Positions 1 through 13,400 of a stretch of 64,000 nucleotides of DNA are shown here, piece by piece. Within the stretch, counting starts at the first letter, position 1, and each line of letters starts with the position of its first letter. This stretch comes from Amoebophrya sp. A120 (lineage: Eukaryota; Protista; Dinoflagellata), in the NCBI GenBank assembly GCA_905178155.1, contig CAJINV010000005.1, positions 2,817,804 through 2,881,803 on the forward strand. Reading direction: 5' to 3'. The notes under the pieces were generated by a model. The model did no database searches. It was given only the letters and a program-made list of their open reading frames with translations, and was not told the DNA's origin. Both the position numbers and the translations under genes were made by a program.

Positions 1-3000
1 GGTAGCTCTCATCCAAGCAGCTCCGGAGGACAGCTAGGTTTGTTGAGCGGGACCACCAGCAGCACCGCCCTACTAGGCAGTACAACTTCGAGCACTTCTA
101 CTGGAACAGCGGGCGCGTCGACATCCAGTACTTCGTTTCTAAAAATCCCGAAGGTTGGCTCCGCCGCTTCTCTTTCCACCATGGCGAGCTACTGGAACCA
201 CGGGTCCTCGTCGCGCGACCAGCTGAGCGGAGCCGCAGGCGATCTCGAGCAGGATTTTCCCTCCCCTGCGTCCACCATCGGCGGAACGTCCCCGTTCGGA
301 GGACCACCACCTCCGGGTGGAAGCAGTGGCTATCGAAGATACGGTTCCCCCGATCGGCACTCCGCGTCACCAACCGGGACGACCGACGAGCAGGCTTTGG
401 ACGAGGTGGAGGAGGAAGCCGCTGAAATGGGGGCTGGTGCTAGTACTGCAGCAGGAGCTGCCCGACGGGCGTTCCAACTAGTACACGCGGCAAGAGGATC
501 GGCGTCGTCTTCTCCGAAAAAGAATTATGCTGCAGGAGGCGTAGGTCTAGACAAAGACAAACCTCCGCGACCTCCAACTGCTTCGGGAATGACGCATCTT
601 CAAAGTCACCAGCAACTGTCGTCCTCCCAAGCTGAACTGCAGCAAGCGGCCACCAAAACAACGACCACCGGCGCAGGTATTGAAATGAGCCCGACCACAG
701 TAACCGACGGGCGAGACGCAGACCCCAGCATTGCTAGCATTATTGCCCAACCACCCTCAGCCTTGTTAACACCAGAAGACACAAAGACAAACGCACGAAA
801 TAATAAAAGTCTCCGAAATATGAAACGAAGAACCACGCTCCGCGGGCGCATTCCGGACCTCGTGGATATCCGCGTGACGAACGACCGCGTGCACTTGATC
901 TTCACGCTGTGCAAAGGTGGCGAGGCCGTGAAGACCCCCATCCCGGAGATCGCCAGCGACGTCTGTGCCGCGAAATTTGCGAAACACTTCCTGGAAACGC
1001 TGGAGGTGTTGCACGACGAATTGGACATTATGCACCGGGACGTCAAGCCGGAAAACATCCTTTTCACCGAAAAAGACCGGAAACCCGACACGGCACAGCT
1101 GATCGATTTTGGGCTCGCGTGCCCCATCGCGAAGGGGCTGGGCTGCAAGGGTGCGGCGGGCACGATAGACTACGTCTCGCCGCAGCAGTTGTGGAACATT
1201 CCCGGGTTTGCAGAGTTCAGGCGGATTTTGGAAGACAGTACAACTTCTACATGCATTTTTGTTTCAAATTGTATCCTCGTATGTGCAGGTACTAGCATGA
1301 GCATGACGAGACTCTGCCTGCCTAGTCCTCCTGTGCTCTGCAACTACGCAGCTTGTGGCTTTTCTCATTCCATAGTACTACTTAACACATACAACAGAGC
1401 CACCAGTTCAATCTCTCGACGACGATCCAGCTTTGCACCCGGACCTCCTTCCCGAGGACACCACCAACAGCAAAACCACCCAACAAGACGCCACACACCA
1501 GCTCGAGGAGCAGCGGCACTGGCACTATAGCGAGAAATATCACGAGAAAAAAGTGTTAGAGTTAAGTACACATTTGTTGGAGTCTCTGCATCACAAATTT
1601 TCTCTGTGTGGCAAAACAGTAAGGAAACGAGGCTCCGAAGCATTTCCTGCATGGGAAAGGTTGTCTCTGTTGCCAGTCTTGCATCACAATGTGTAACTGT
1701 AGCAATTTTTTCCTGTGATAAGAAAGGGGATCTCTTCGCGCTCGGCGCGGTTTTGCACCTCCTGCTCGAAGGCCGGTCCGCCTGGGACCGCACCTCCCGA
1801 ATGCCGGCCCGCGCGGGAAGCACTTACGACCCGGCGGACAGGCTGCGCGAAAACTGCAAGAAGATTCAAACCTTCAAGGCGGACCGCCGACAGTACCACG
1901 AGATGGCCAGTTGCTTCGCGTGGACGAAGCGCTTGAGAAAAGCGCTGTCGAGCTTCCCGCTGGCGGGGGGGTGTGCGGGCGAGAAAACTGGTGCTGGTGG
2001 TGGAGGAGGCGGCGCAGCCGGGCGGGGGCTGCTGTCCGGATTGTCTTCTTCTTCCGCACGTGGTCCTCGCGGTGGATCATGTGGAATGAACATCATGAAT
2101 AAACCTGGAAGTAGTAGAACCTCCGTCGATATCAAATGCAAAAATGTCTGGGTCTGGAAGATTGCTAGGTTTGTCATGCAGTTCTTCCATGACCCACGCG
2201 GTCTGGCATGCACGGCCTAGCATGCCAGGTTCTGTGAGATCTCTATCATGCCTTTCCTGCATGAGAAACTGCCTCTACTAACTTGTTAAAAAGTGGACCT
2301 CTTTTGGTAATCATGCAACACAAATTTTTCCACGATCCAGCTCGCTGCAGCATGACAAGTTACACTCTTCCAGACCCAGACATTTTTGCATTTGATAGTC
2401 GAAGATTGCGGGGAGTCGACGAGCACCTCTGTACAAATCGCGGAAGATGAAGCAGCGTGCTCTTTATCCAGGAAAAAACACCCCTCCACATCCAATTTGT
2501 CATGCATAACATACATAAAGTTCTGTGTTTGTCATGCAAAAAATGGATGTGGATGGGTTTTTTTTCTGTGGATACTCTTCCCTCCTCTCCTACTCAGCTT
2601 CGGCCACGGATGCGGCAAGTCGGGGTGGACAGCGCGCAGCTGGCGACGCAGCATCAAGAGCGAGAGCAGCAGCTGCTTCCTGTGCCGGAGCAGTGCCCTT
2701 GCCTCACCCACCAACCTGCCAGCTGTTTGGAGGTGCTGGGGTAGAAATGCAGCACGGAAGTACAACCAACGCATCCTCTCCCTGCAACGACTGCCACACT
2801 GAGGAAGTGATCGGGAACCTGCACAATACTGAGTATAATCATGCACCCTCTACGCACGGAACCATGCCAGTCCTGGATGAAAGGGACATTTCGTCCGTTT
2901 TCGAGATCACAAAGAAACAGCAGGAAAAGGAAGACGAAAAGCAAGTGATCGTGGAAGAACTTCTTCTGCATGAGAAGCAGCCCAGCCGGGCCACCGCCGA

Positions 3001-6000
3001 GAGCGACGGTAGTTTTTTCACACCCTGCACGTCTCCACAACACTTTGCGAAATTTATCGAGCAAAAATCTGTTATCGTTATCGAATTTGAAATTGCTGGC
3101 AAAGGCCAAATTTTTTTAAGTTTAGCTAGAGTGGGGTAGCAATGAAATCCTTATCCGCCCCCGCGGCGGATAAGCCGGGGGGGGGGCCCCCCCCGCCTTA
3201 TCCGCCGGCGGGCGGTACCGGTATAGCCGCGACAAAGTGGCCGGGCGCCACCATCGCCTGGAGGACCCGGACATGCCGAGAGCATCCGGCGTGTTGTGGG
3301 TAGATTTTGAAACACCACAAAGATCCATCGACGGCATGGCGCCGCCGGTCTTTGTGGTGTTTGTTTCTTTGAAAGTGGCAGGCGCAGCCCCTGAAGACTC
3401 CGCACTGCCGGGAGTACTTTGGACTCAAAAAAACTCGCCAACAGATATTTGCCACGCAAAAGGCGAAAAAGCTTGGGAAATTCGCCACGCAAGCAACGGC
3501 CCAACAAATAATAGCAAGCAACGGGCACACAGGGCCAGGGCCAGAACAAACCTGCCCCACAGAATTAAACTCCTACCGTGTGCAGCGCGAGGGCCGCCGA
3601 GCTTCCTCGCTTATTTCCTTCGGGCTATGTACTTACTCGCCAGGCCATGCCGCCCTGCTCTTGGGCCGGCGCCCATGCCTGCAGGTAGCGACTTAGGGCC
3701 CGAAGCGAGAAGCGCAGCTGGCTAAAGGTTTTATCTTGCGCGCGCCCGCCTTCGGAGGAAGTGTGTCTGTGCAGACCCAAGCCGGCCGCCCGCTAGTATG
3801 GATTCCACCGCCTGCCTTTGCAATGGGCCCACGCACCCAAACAAGCCGCAACAGCGCCTAAGGCTGCGCACCCAGAGTCCGCCTCCTTTAAATGTTGGGC
3901 GCCATCGGCGGTAAAATTCCCCCCGGTGGCGTGCTTGACTTATATTCCACGGCGACAGGGCGAAGGCCTAGGCCGGGCAGCCATTAACTTCCTGGGCCCC
4001 GGGCCGGGCCGTGTCTGTTGGTGACATCTTTGCCGCAGCGCGAATAGTTAGCTTGCTTCCGCCGCGGCCATGTTTAAGGACTTGGGCCGCGTGGGCGGCA
4101 GCCTCGCGCGCTCTACTTTTGTTCGCCTGCTTTTTTCCTTGCCGCCGCCAGCCAATCAATGCGCCCTATCTTTCCGGCGTGGCACAAACGCCCGCCCGAA
4201 GTGATATGCGAAACAGGTCTCGGGGCCCAGTGCGTGCGGTTTTCTCGGTTCCCACTGCAGGCCCTCCCACTTCCCATCTCCCTCGGGCCCCAGTGGGGTT
4301 TCCCAACTGCACAGGCCCCGGGGCGGGCCCAGTGCGGCGGGCTGTGGCTCTGGGCAAGCCGCAGCCCGATTGCTACCCTACCAGCTACCGTCGCCGCGCT
4401 GGCTCACACACTCTCGACACCCCGGCCGCCACGCCACGCGGCACGCATTGCGCCAAGGCGCCGGGGCAGCAGCGCCGGGGCCCTGCGTGGGGCTGCGGGC
4501 TTGGTTGCTTGGGATTCCTTGCGTGGCGTGCTTTCGGCGCGAATTGGTAGCCGCTGGGGCCTGTGGGCAGCTTACAAACCCGGCGAGGTGCTTGCGCCTG
4601 CGACCAGACCCCGGCGGGCCTGTACGCGTGAAGCCTGGCGCCCTTGTTTGCGGGGCACGCTGCCGGGCTCGGTCTGTGTGTCTGCATCTATTGTTTGCAA
4701 GCAACGTGATGAAGCCCAGCCGGGCTCCTGTTGACAAACCTCCCAGACAGGCCCCGACATGCAAGGCCCGGGCTTCTATTGACAACCCCCCCCGCCAGCG
4801 AATTAAAATCCAGCGGGCGCATGCTAAACGAAAGCAAGAGGAAAATTGAAGTATTGGGGACGACAGGAACGCTGCTGCTATGCCGTTTTTCGGACTTTTC
4901 TATGCCTTTTGTCAGGGAAATTCAGTAAAAAAGAAAAACGCTTTTTATTTTCTTTGTGTGAATTCCCAAACCCAAAGCCACGGCTTTCCGCCTCGTTTTG
5001 CTCGCATGACAAAAACTGGCATGCCGTGTTTCTTTCCAATCCCGACGGTGCGACGTTTGGCAGCTTCCTGCGTATTACTTAAACCATAACCATAAGCACC
5101 AGCGGCGTGCTGTGTGTCGGCCCGGGGTCCCTCGGGCTCACCCAAAGGGCGCCGGGGCCGGGCCAGTTCATAGGGCCTATTGCGGGATGGCCCGCCGGCG
5201 GATAAGCCGGGGGGGGGCGCCCCCCGGCTTATCCGCCACGGGGGCGGATAAGGATTTCATTGTTACCCCACTCCTACTGACTTAGCTACCTCAACTAGCT
5301 ATGATTTTGAACTACTTGTGTGCATTTGGTCAAGCGCCGCGCCGAAGCCTGGATCATGTCGAGCCCATTCTGCCGAACCGTTTTGAGCTGCGCGCCAACC
5401 CTCCCAGGTGGATGCGATTTGCTCAGCTTCCGGCAGTGCAAGCTGGAAGCTTGTTTTGGGCTCATAAAGATCGATTTGTAATGCGGACCTGCGTCTCAGG
5501 CGCGTCATGTTTTTGACATGGGAAAAGTGCTGCCGCGCCCACTGCATCACGCAGATAGATGCCCAGAAGTGAGGCAGTTTAGGTGTGCTCTGGTTACCGG
5601 CCAGGGCCTCGGAAATCTGGCCAATTTGGCCAGCAAAAATGACCACTTTTCCGAAGCCTCCGGGCAAACCGATAACAAGCACCCTCTTTGCTCACTTTTA
5701 TAGTCCGCGTGCCCCCGTGCTACGTCTCTGTTATCGGTTTCGGCTTGGCCACCCCACCGAAACCGATAACAAGGCAGGGATTTGCTCAGTTTATCGTGCC
5801 CATGCCACCGTGATAAAAATCTGTTATCGGTTGCGCTTTTGGCATCGCGCCAAATCCAACCTTCGCAAAGTAGACCCATAAACTTGAGCTAGCCACGACC
5901 TGAGTCGGACTGTAAAAGTGGCCAAAAATGGTGCTTGTTATCGGTTTGGCCTTCTGAACCGATAACAGACACCTAAGCACGGTGGCACGCGGACTATAAA

Positions 6001-7715
6001 AGTGCCCAAAAATGGTGCTTGTTATCGGTTTTGCCGGAGGTCCGGCAAAACGAGGGCACTTTTGCCCCCCAGAAAGGAGGTCCGGAGGGCCTCCGGACAA
6101 CAAGCATCCCCCTTGCCCAAGAACATCCCCAAAGACACTAGGAAACAAGGACGCTTACAGCTCTGCAAGCACTCCAAAAAGGAGTCCTTGTCAGCGCGCC
6201 GCCTCGCCAGCTTGGCGAGCGGATCGTCCTCGTCGATCTGCTTCTTCTTTGCCATGTCTATCAGCTCGCTCTTACACTCAAACCACCCTCCCCTCGCACT
6301 GACAGAAGACGCGTCGCCGCCTATCAGCTCGCGGACGTGCTTTGCAAGCACTCGCAGCCACACTGTTTTGTTGGCGCAGTTGGCAAGACAGTATCGAGAT
6401 CGGACGCGGAGTCTGGCCTGGGATGACTGCGCGACACCGAACCGGAACGCCGCCACCTCGAGATCCGCCGCGTCAAGTCTGCCGTCTCGTGCCCCAGAAG
6501 GATGACCAAATGCACACAATTAGGTCAAAATCATCATGACCGACGATAGCTACCTCACTAGATAATTTTAAAAAAATTTTCGCTTTCGTTTCAAATTCTT
6601 AATTCGATAACGATAACAGATTTTTTTTCACCCCCTGCACGTCTCCGCAACACTTTGCGAAACTATTGCAGGAAAATCATCTTAGCGATGTCACTGGAGC
6701 GGACTGCAGTGTAGGTCCGGTAAATTTGTCAAACAGTGCAGGTGCTGGAGGAGCTTCTTGCATTTCTGCGTCTGCAACTGGTGCTTCTGGTTCTGCTGGT
6801 ACAAGCAGAAGTCATCCAGGTGCTCCTGCTGCGTCCTCTTCAGCAACGACACTACAGCAGAATCAACAGCTCGACAAAAGAACGCAGGAGCAGTCACGAC
6901 AGTCTTTTCTGAACCGACAGAAAAACACGAAGGTGGATCAGATGGCGCAGTTCTCAGACGATTCAGCATCTTCGGACTACGAGGCAATCGAGACCATGTA
7001 TGGCGGGGGGCGACGTCGCGCTGGTATTAAAGGCGATAGGAACAAACGCAAAACCGATAGCAGGAATCCAGCAAATGAAATGACCGACACAAAAATGGAA
7101 GAGGCCGCGGCGCCGTCTTGCTCTACTACCGGCGAAACTGCAGCCCAAGGACCCACAACATTGAAATTGATCCAGAACGACAACGATGATGAAAATATAC
7201 AAGAGGTCTGCGAAGTAGACAACACCGACCCGCAGCAGCAATTGTGCAGTTACGTCGCTGGAACTACTACAAATGCGCCCGACGACCAATCCGACTCTGA
7301 CAGTGAAGAACGCGAAAAACTCCGGATTCAGAACAAGGTCCTTGACGAATCCCACCGGTACGCGCGGGAGCTGTTCGGGTTTCCGGGGGATCGGCGGCGA
7401 GACCACAACTTAACCCGTGGCGGCCGGAAACTTTGCCCGACCATGGCAAACCGGCAGGTCGCGTGCAGCATCGTGGAATTCTACGCCTGCGGCGGCGTTC
7501 TGAGGTATCCCTACGAAAACGCGACACCCCTCGCGCAGGACTTCCTGGCCAAGTTGCTCACCGCGTTGGAGCAAGATCGGTTTTCAGCGAAGGAAGCGCT
7601 GCAACACCCCTGGATCACAACGATCGACTTCCGCGATCAGCAGTACCAGCGAAGCAAGAAGTTGCGGAAAAAATTCTCGAAGTTGAGGACAGTGTATGGC
7701 AGTAGAACGTCCTGA
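1..7715 (+). CDS. Ser/Thr protein kinase (CAMK/CDPK-like catalytic domain with long low-complexity inserts), 5'-partial, spliced
   Basis: Motifs HRDVKPEN, LIDFGLA and GTIDYVSP lie in exon 1. YSEK|GDLFALG is rebuilt across 1538-1720, and LAQDFLAKLL..RFSAKEALQHPWI lies in the last exon. Approximate exons: <1-1245, 1397-1537, 1726-2129, 2403-2464, 2580-3052, 6663-7715. Every join is in frame. Confidence 0.88.
1246..1391. mobile_element. Degenerate introner-like non-canonical intron
   Basis: DR caact/caaca; ends tct...ata. Removing 151 nt joins EDSTT to EPPVQSLDDD in frame. No clear TIR remains. Confidence 0.55.
1538..1720. mobile_element. Introner, family C
   Basis: DR agaaa (1533-37/1721-25); TIR tatcacgagaaaaaa...ttttttcctgtgata. 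Homologous in reverse orientation to 24026-24236. Removal restores kinase subdomain IX. Confidence 0.92.
2130..2397. mobile_element. Introner, family A
   Basis: DR gtcga; 31-bp TIR tatcaaatgcaaaaatgtctgggtctggaag. In-frame join TSV|EDCG. Confidence 0.95.
2465..2574. mobile_element. Short introner (110 bp), TIR related to family C
   Basis: DR ctctt; ends tatccaggaaaaaa...ttttttctgtggata. In-frame join AACS|SLLSY. Confidence 0.9.
3053..6625. mobile_element. ~1.4-kb long-TIR element (3.6 kb with its nested insertion), flanked by a 40-bp direct repeat, inside the kinase CDS
   Basis: Imperfect ~120-bp TIR: 3063-3128 plus 5277-5332 versus 6503-6625, starting aaaaatctgttatcgttatcgaatt. Many internal gttatcgg/ccgataac motifs. 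DR 3013-3052 versus 6623-6662 matches 38/40. Confidence 0.85.
3129..5273. mobile_element. 2.1-kb non-autonomous TIR DNA transposon with a 3-bp TSD (CTA), nested in the left TIR of the outer element
   Basis: ~85-bp TIR gagtggggta(g/a)caatgaaatccttatccgcc... with internal palindromes. TSD cta at 3126-28 and 5274-76. Removal gives a gap-free alignment of the outer TIRs across the insertion point. No credible ORF. Confidence 0.9.
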
Positions 7716-10404
7716 TTGGTCGTGTATCTTTCCGTGCATACTATTCGTGGCCTCGATTTTTTCTTGATGAAGATGAAGTTGTAGTTGGCATGAAGATGGG
7801 TGAGCGCATTCACGCAGTGGCATTTTTCGTTTACGATTATTTGGCGCGCTTTTGAAAAATAAAGGGCCGATGCGTCGGTTTTGATGTTGCATAGCAGAAA
7901 GAAACGAAAGTTCCATTACGCGTACGAAACAAAATCGAGCATCACGAAATGCATGGACGACAAATTTTTCAGCTATATAAAGTGGTGAGTCCATTGTCGC
8001 GACGATTCTGATGGTTCTGCGTGAGCTTTATGCAATAGCAATACCATATTTTCCGCGCACGTGCAAAATGCGACAGTTTTACTCAGGCTGGAACGCTTGT
8101 CATGCTGACTTCTAGGACCGGAGGGCAGGCAAGTTTTGTTATGCAGCGATTCCGCATTTGTACGTGTACAGGAAATTATTCAAGTTTCCTGTGGATAAGC
8201 TTGCCAGCAATTACATACACGCGCCGCCGGATGATCACTATTTGGCTTCTGGCACTGAAATTTGAAAACATTTTCCGATGCATAATGGTGGCTATCTGTT
8301 TAGGCGAACAAGGCTGCAACTCTTTGCTTTTAGCACTTTCGAGTGCACCCTTCGGCGCTTTGTTTTATCCACGTAAAGGCTCCTAATACTCAACTACTCG
8401 CCCCACGTTATTTTGGATGTTTCGCCGTCGAGTACTCCTCCTTGATGCAGACGCGTTTTTTTTTTTTACTTTCCGCTCGACGACACACTAACACCACTAC
8501 GCCTAAAGCCACGACTCAGTGTAGTCGTCTTCACATTGACTTACGCACGACACACATCTGAGAATAGAAAATTTTAGTTGATATCTGTCATTTCTAATTT
8601 TCTGAGAATTCAAAAAAAAATTGCATCTGCAGCTACCTATCTGCATATGTTCTCCAATGATTTCAGCCTGCCATGTATTGAACAAGAGCTGAAAATGATT
8701 GTTTGTTCGGGCCTACTTTGGTGGTGGAACGCGACGCTACTGCTCACCGTTTTGTTAGTGCTACAACTTTAAAGAATTAGGACATTGTAAATGTTCAACA
8801 AGTTGAGATATATTTTTCTTTTTCCACATTGGACGCGGCACTTATCGTATTGTAGAAGCGTTTCGCGGTCCATCGTTGACTCAGTCACCATGGGCATGAA
8901 TCTTCTCTGCGATAAAGATAATTCGTGCAATTTGTTCCAATCCTTTTGACGATTTTTTTCTAGCATCTGTTTCTAGGTCTAGCTTTGTAATTGTAATATG
9001 TTGGATTTTTGAAACGTCAGGTGTTCCTATTCTGGCTTATCCCACGTTTTTACTTTTTGTGAAACGCAACTGCAAGCATGCCATGCTAAGGGCATTTCAT
9101 CATCCAATTTTCCGTATTCTATGTCGAAAAATGTCCGCAAAATCAAAAGCAAAAATGAAACCCAGAGCTCGTTGTCGTTTGAAAGAATGTGAATGAAAAT
9201 TTGATTTATTTGTAAACGATAGATAGTGACTCTGTGGCTCGTCTTCCTGCGAATCGTGGATTGATGATGAAGCTTGTGTTTACTAACTGCAGGCAAGAAC
9301 AGAGTGATCCATCCTGTCTGTTGTGTTGTCTTCGTCTTGCCCCTGCTTGTAATTGAACGTGATTGCGCTCTTCAGAGAGAAATTTTCGAAGATCCTCGTT
9401 CTTGGAGATCAGCAGATTGTCGTGGTTTTTTGATCTTGGAAGTTGCCGCTTCAGAAGATCCCGTCTTGCTAGTATTGTGTTATTGCCAATTTTATGCGAG
9501 TTATTCGTCCCGTTCCAATCTGCTTCGGCTCGGAGTCATGGTCTATTTTTTGCTGGATTGATTTTCCCCCGCCTGCACCTGCAATTGCATTCGGTCGTGC
9601 TCCGTGCACGCAGTAAAATAATGTCATGATTCGTAAACATTGAGTCAGTTCAACATGGAGCCCCTAGAGGTACGATATTTTCGTGCAGGTTGCAAAAGCC
9701 TGCGCGACTTTTTTCTGGCATTTTTCTATTGTCTTTTTCCTACGCAAGAAGGTTCTGACAAATTTTCAGAAAGAAGAGGATGCGCAGGTCGCCGCAAGTC
9801 CAAAGCACATCAACCGTGTGCTGCTGCTGCTCGGGCGGTACTCGTCTACAAACGACGGTCGAGGACCAAAAGCGGGGTCGGGGACGCAAGAGTGATGTCA
9901 TACCGCAAAGAAATCCTCCTCGTGCTTCCCATCGTAGTGTGCTCGCGATCAAGAGTTTATGTTTTAAACGGTCGTTAGCATACAGAAGGGTGAATTCCCA
10001 GTGAATTTGTATTGCGTGGCATGATGCATGAATTAATCAGGTGCATGCGAAGAACACGGGGACAACATACAAGAAGCCAGCGCGCCGTGTTGATGGGCTG
10101 CTTGGCTGGTGGCGCTTCCCTCCTGTGGACGCTTGCCGCTTGTTGCCCAAAGTGGCGCACCTGGTGGACTGCGAAGCAACGCAGGTGGCTTGTGGCGGTC
10201 TTACAACACGACGCTGCATGATCCGCCGACTCGATAGTGGCGGATCGACCGGGACGAGGGCCATGCCTGAAAAGGTGGCCAAATGTACTAGCTCAACATG
10301 TCAAAATAGAGAAGTCGCGTCACGGGTTGTGGCTGCCTCGGCTTGGATATCTGGAGACAGGTTGCTACGGATGCTAGCATCGCCTGCTTTGCTCTGTAAG
10401 TAAC
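3215..10404 (+). repeat. Copy 1 of a 7,190-bp near-identical tandem duplication
   Basis: The ORF track repeats with an offset of 7191. The only difference noticed is g10354 versus a17545. Confidence 0.95.
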
Positions 10405-10405
10405 N
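10405..10405. other. Single N (scaffold gap) at the duplication junction
   Basis: Sequence reads ...gtaagtaacNgtaccggt... Confidence 0.98.
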
Positions 10406-13400
10406 GTACCGGTATAGCCGCGACAAAGTGGCCGGGCGCCACCATCGCCTGGAGGACCCGGACATGCCGAGAGCATCCGGCGTGTTGTGGGTAGATTTTG
10501 AAACACCACAAAGATCCATCGACGGCATGGCGCCGCCGGTCTTTGTGGTGTTTGTTTCTTTGAAAGTGGCAGGCGCAGCCCCTGAAGACTCCGCACTGCC
10601 GGGAGTACTTTGGACTCAAAAAAACTCGCCAACAGATATTTGCCACGCAAAAGGCGAAAAAGCTTGGGAAATTCGCCACGCAAGCAACGGCCCAACAAAT
10701 AATAGCAAGCAACGGGCACACAGGGCCAGGGCCAGAACAAACCTGCCCCACAGAATTAAACTCCTACCGTGTGCAGCGCGAGGGCCGCCGAGCTTCCTCG
10801 CTTATTTCCTTCGGGCTATGTACTTACTCGCCAGGCCATGCCGCCCTGCTCTTGGGCCGGCGCCCATGCCTGCAGGTAGCGACTTAGGGCCCGAAGCGAG
10901 AAGCGCAGCTGGCTAAAGGTTTTATCTTGCGCGCGCCCGCCTTCGGAGGAAGTGTGTCTGTGCAGACCCAAGCCGGCCGCCCGCTAGTATGGATTCCACC
11001 GCCTGCCTTTGCAATGGGCCCACGCACCCAAACAAGCCGCAACAGCGCCTAAGGCTGCGCACCCAGAGTCCGCCTCCTTTAAATGTTGGGCGCCATCGGC
11101 GGTAAAATTCCCCCCGGTGGCGTGCTTGACTTATATTCCACGGCGACAGGGCGAAGGCCTAGGCCGGGCAGCCATTAACTTCCTGGGCCCCGGGCCGGGC
11201 CGTGTCTGTTGGTGACATCTTTGCCGCAGCGCGAATAGTTAGCTTGCTTCCGCCGCGGCCATGTTTAAGGACTTGGGCCGCGTGGGCGGCAGCCTCGCGC
11301 GCTCTACTTTTGTTCGCCTGCTTTTTTCCTTGCCGCCGCCAGCCAATCAATGCGCCCTATCTTTCCGGCGTGGCACAAACGCCCGCCCGAAGTGATATGC
11401 GAAACAGGTCTCGGGGCCCAGTGCGTGCGGTTTTCTCGGTTCCCACTGCAGGCCCTCCCACTTCCCATCTCCCTCGGGCCCCAGTGGGGTTTCCCAACTG
11501 CACAGGCCCCGGGGCGGGCCCAGTGCGGCGGGCTGTGGCTCTGGGCAAGCCGCAGCCCGATTGCTACCCTACCAGCTACCGTCGCCGCGCTGGCTCACAC
11601 ACTCTCGACACCCCGGCCGCCACGCCACGCGGCACGCATTGCGCCAAGGCGCCGGGGCAGCAGCGCCGGGGCCCTGCGTGGGGCTGCGGGCTTGGTTGCT
11701 TGGGATTCCTTGCGTGGCGTGCTTTCGGCGCGAATTGGTAGCCGCTGGGGCCTGTGGGCAGCTTACAAACCCGGCGAGGTGCTTGCGCCTGCGACCAGAC
11801 CCCGGCGGGCCTGTACGCGTGAAGCCTGGCGCCCTTGTTTGCGGGGCACGCTGCCGGGCTCGGTCTGTGTGTCTGCATCTATTGTTTGCAAGCAACGTGA
11901 TGAAGCCCAGCCGGGCTCCTGTTGACAAACCTCCCAGACAGGCCCCGACATGCAAGGCCCGGGCTTCTATTGACAACCCCCCCCGCCAGCGAATTAAAAT
12001 CCAGCGGGCGCATGCTAAACGAAAGCAAGAGGAAAATTGAAGTATTGGGGACGACAGGAACGCTGCTGCTATGCCGTTTTTCGGACTTTTCTATGCCTTT
12101 TGTCAGGGAAATTCAGTAAAAAAGAAAAACGCTTTTTATTTTCTTTGTGTGAATTCCCAAACCCAAAGCCACGGCTTTCCGCCTCGTTTTGCTCGCATGA
12201 CAAAAACTGGCATGCCGTGTTTCTTTCCAATCCCGACGGTGCGACGTTTGGCAGCTTCCTGCGTATTACTTAAACCATAACCATAAGCACCAGCGGCGTG
12301 CTGTGTGTCGGCCCGGGGTCCCTCGGGCTCACCCAAAGGGCGCCGGGGCCGGGCCAGTTCATAGGGCCTATTGCGGGATGGCCCGCCGGCGGATAAGCCG
12401 GGGGGGGGCGCCCCCCGGCTTATCCGCCACGGGGGCGGATAAGGATTTCATTGTTACCCCACTCCTACTGACTTAGCTACCTCAACTAGCTATGATTTTG
12501 AACTACTTGTGTGCATTTGGTCAAGCGCCGCGCCGAAGCCTGGATCATGTCGAGCCCATTCTGCCGAACCGTTTTGAGCTGCGCGCCAACCCTCCCAGGT
12601 GGATGCGATTTGCTCAGCTTCCGGCAGTGCAAGCTGGAAGCTTGTTTTGGGCTCATAAAGATCGATTTGTAATGCGGACCTGCGTCTCAGGCGCGTCATG
12701 TTTTTGACATGGGAAAAGTGCTGCCGCGCCCACTGCATCACGCAGATAGATGCCCAGAAGTGAGGCAGTTTAGGTGTGCTCTGGTTACCGGCCAGGGCCT
12801 CGGAAATCTGGCCAATTTGGCCAGCAAAAATGACCACTTTTCCGAAGCCTCCGGGCAAACCGATAACAAGCACCCTCTTTGCTCACTTTTATAGTCCGCG
12901 TGCCCCCGTGCTACGTCTCTGTTATCGGTTTCGGCTTGGCCACCCCACCGAAACCGATAACAAGGCAGGGATTTGCTCAGTTTATCGTGCCCATGCCACC
13001 GTGATAAAAATCTGTTATCGGTTGCGCTTTTGGCATCGCGCCAAATCCAACCTTCGCAAAGTAGACCCATAAACTTGAGCTAGCCACGACCTGAGTCGGA
13101 CTGTAAAAGTGGCCAAAAATGGTGCTTGTTATCGGTTTGGCCTTCTGAACCGATAACAGACACCTAAGCACGGTGGCACGCGGACTATAAAAGTGCCCAA
13201 AAATGGTGCTTGTTATCGGTTTTGCCGGAGGTCCGGCAAAACGAGGGCACTTTTGCCCCCCAGAAAGGAGGTCCGGAGGGCCTCCGGACAACAAGCATCC
13301 CCCTTGCCCAAGAACATCCCCAAAGACACTAGGAAACAAGGACGCTTACAGCTCTGCAAGCACTCCAAAAAGGAGTCCTTGTCAGCGCGCCGCCTCGCCA

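Noticed and set aside
3237-5145. Many overlapping 60-190-aa ORFs in the 2.1-kb element
   Set aside because: GC-rich stop-poor sequence, open in several frames, with no domain motifs.
8600-9600. Possible minus-strand gene fragments (also in the duplicate copy)
   Set aside because: Short open stretches with stops, no recognisable motif, and no DR/TIR introns found to join them.
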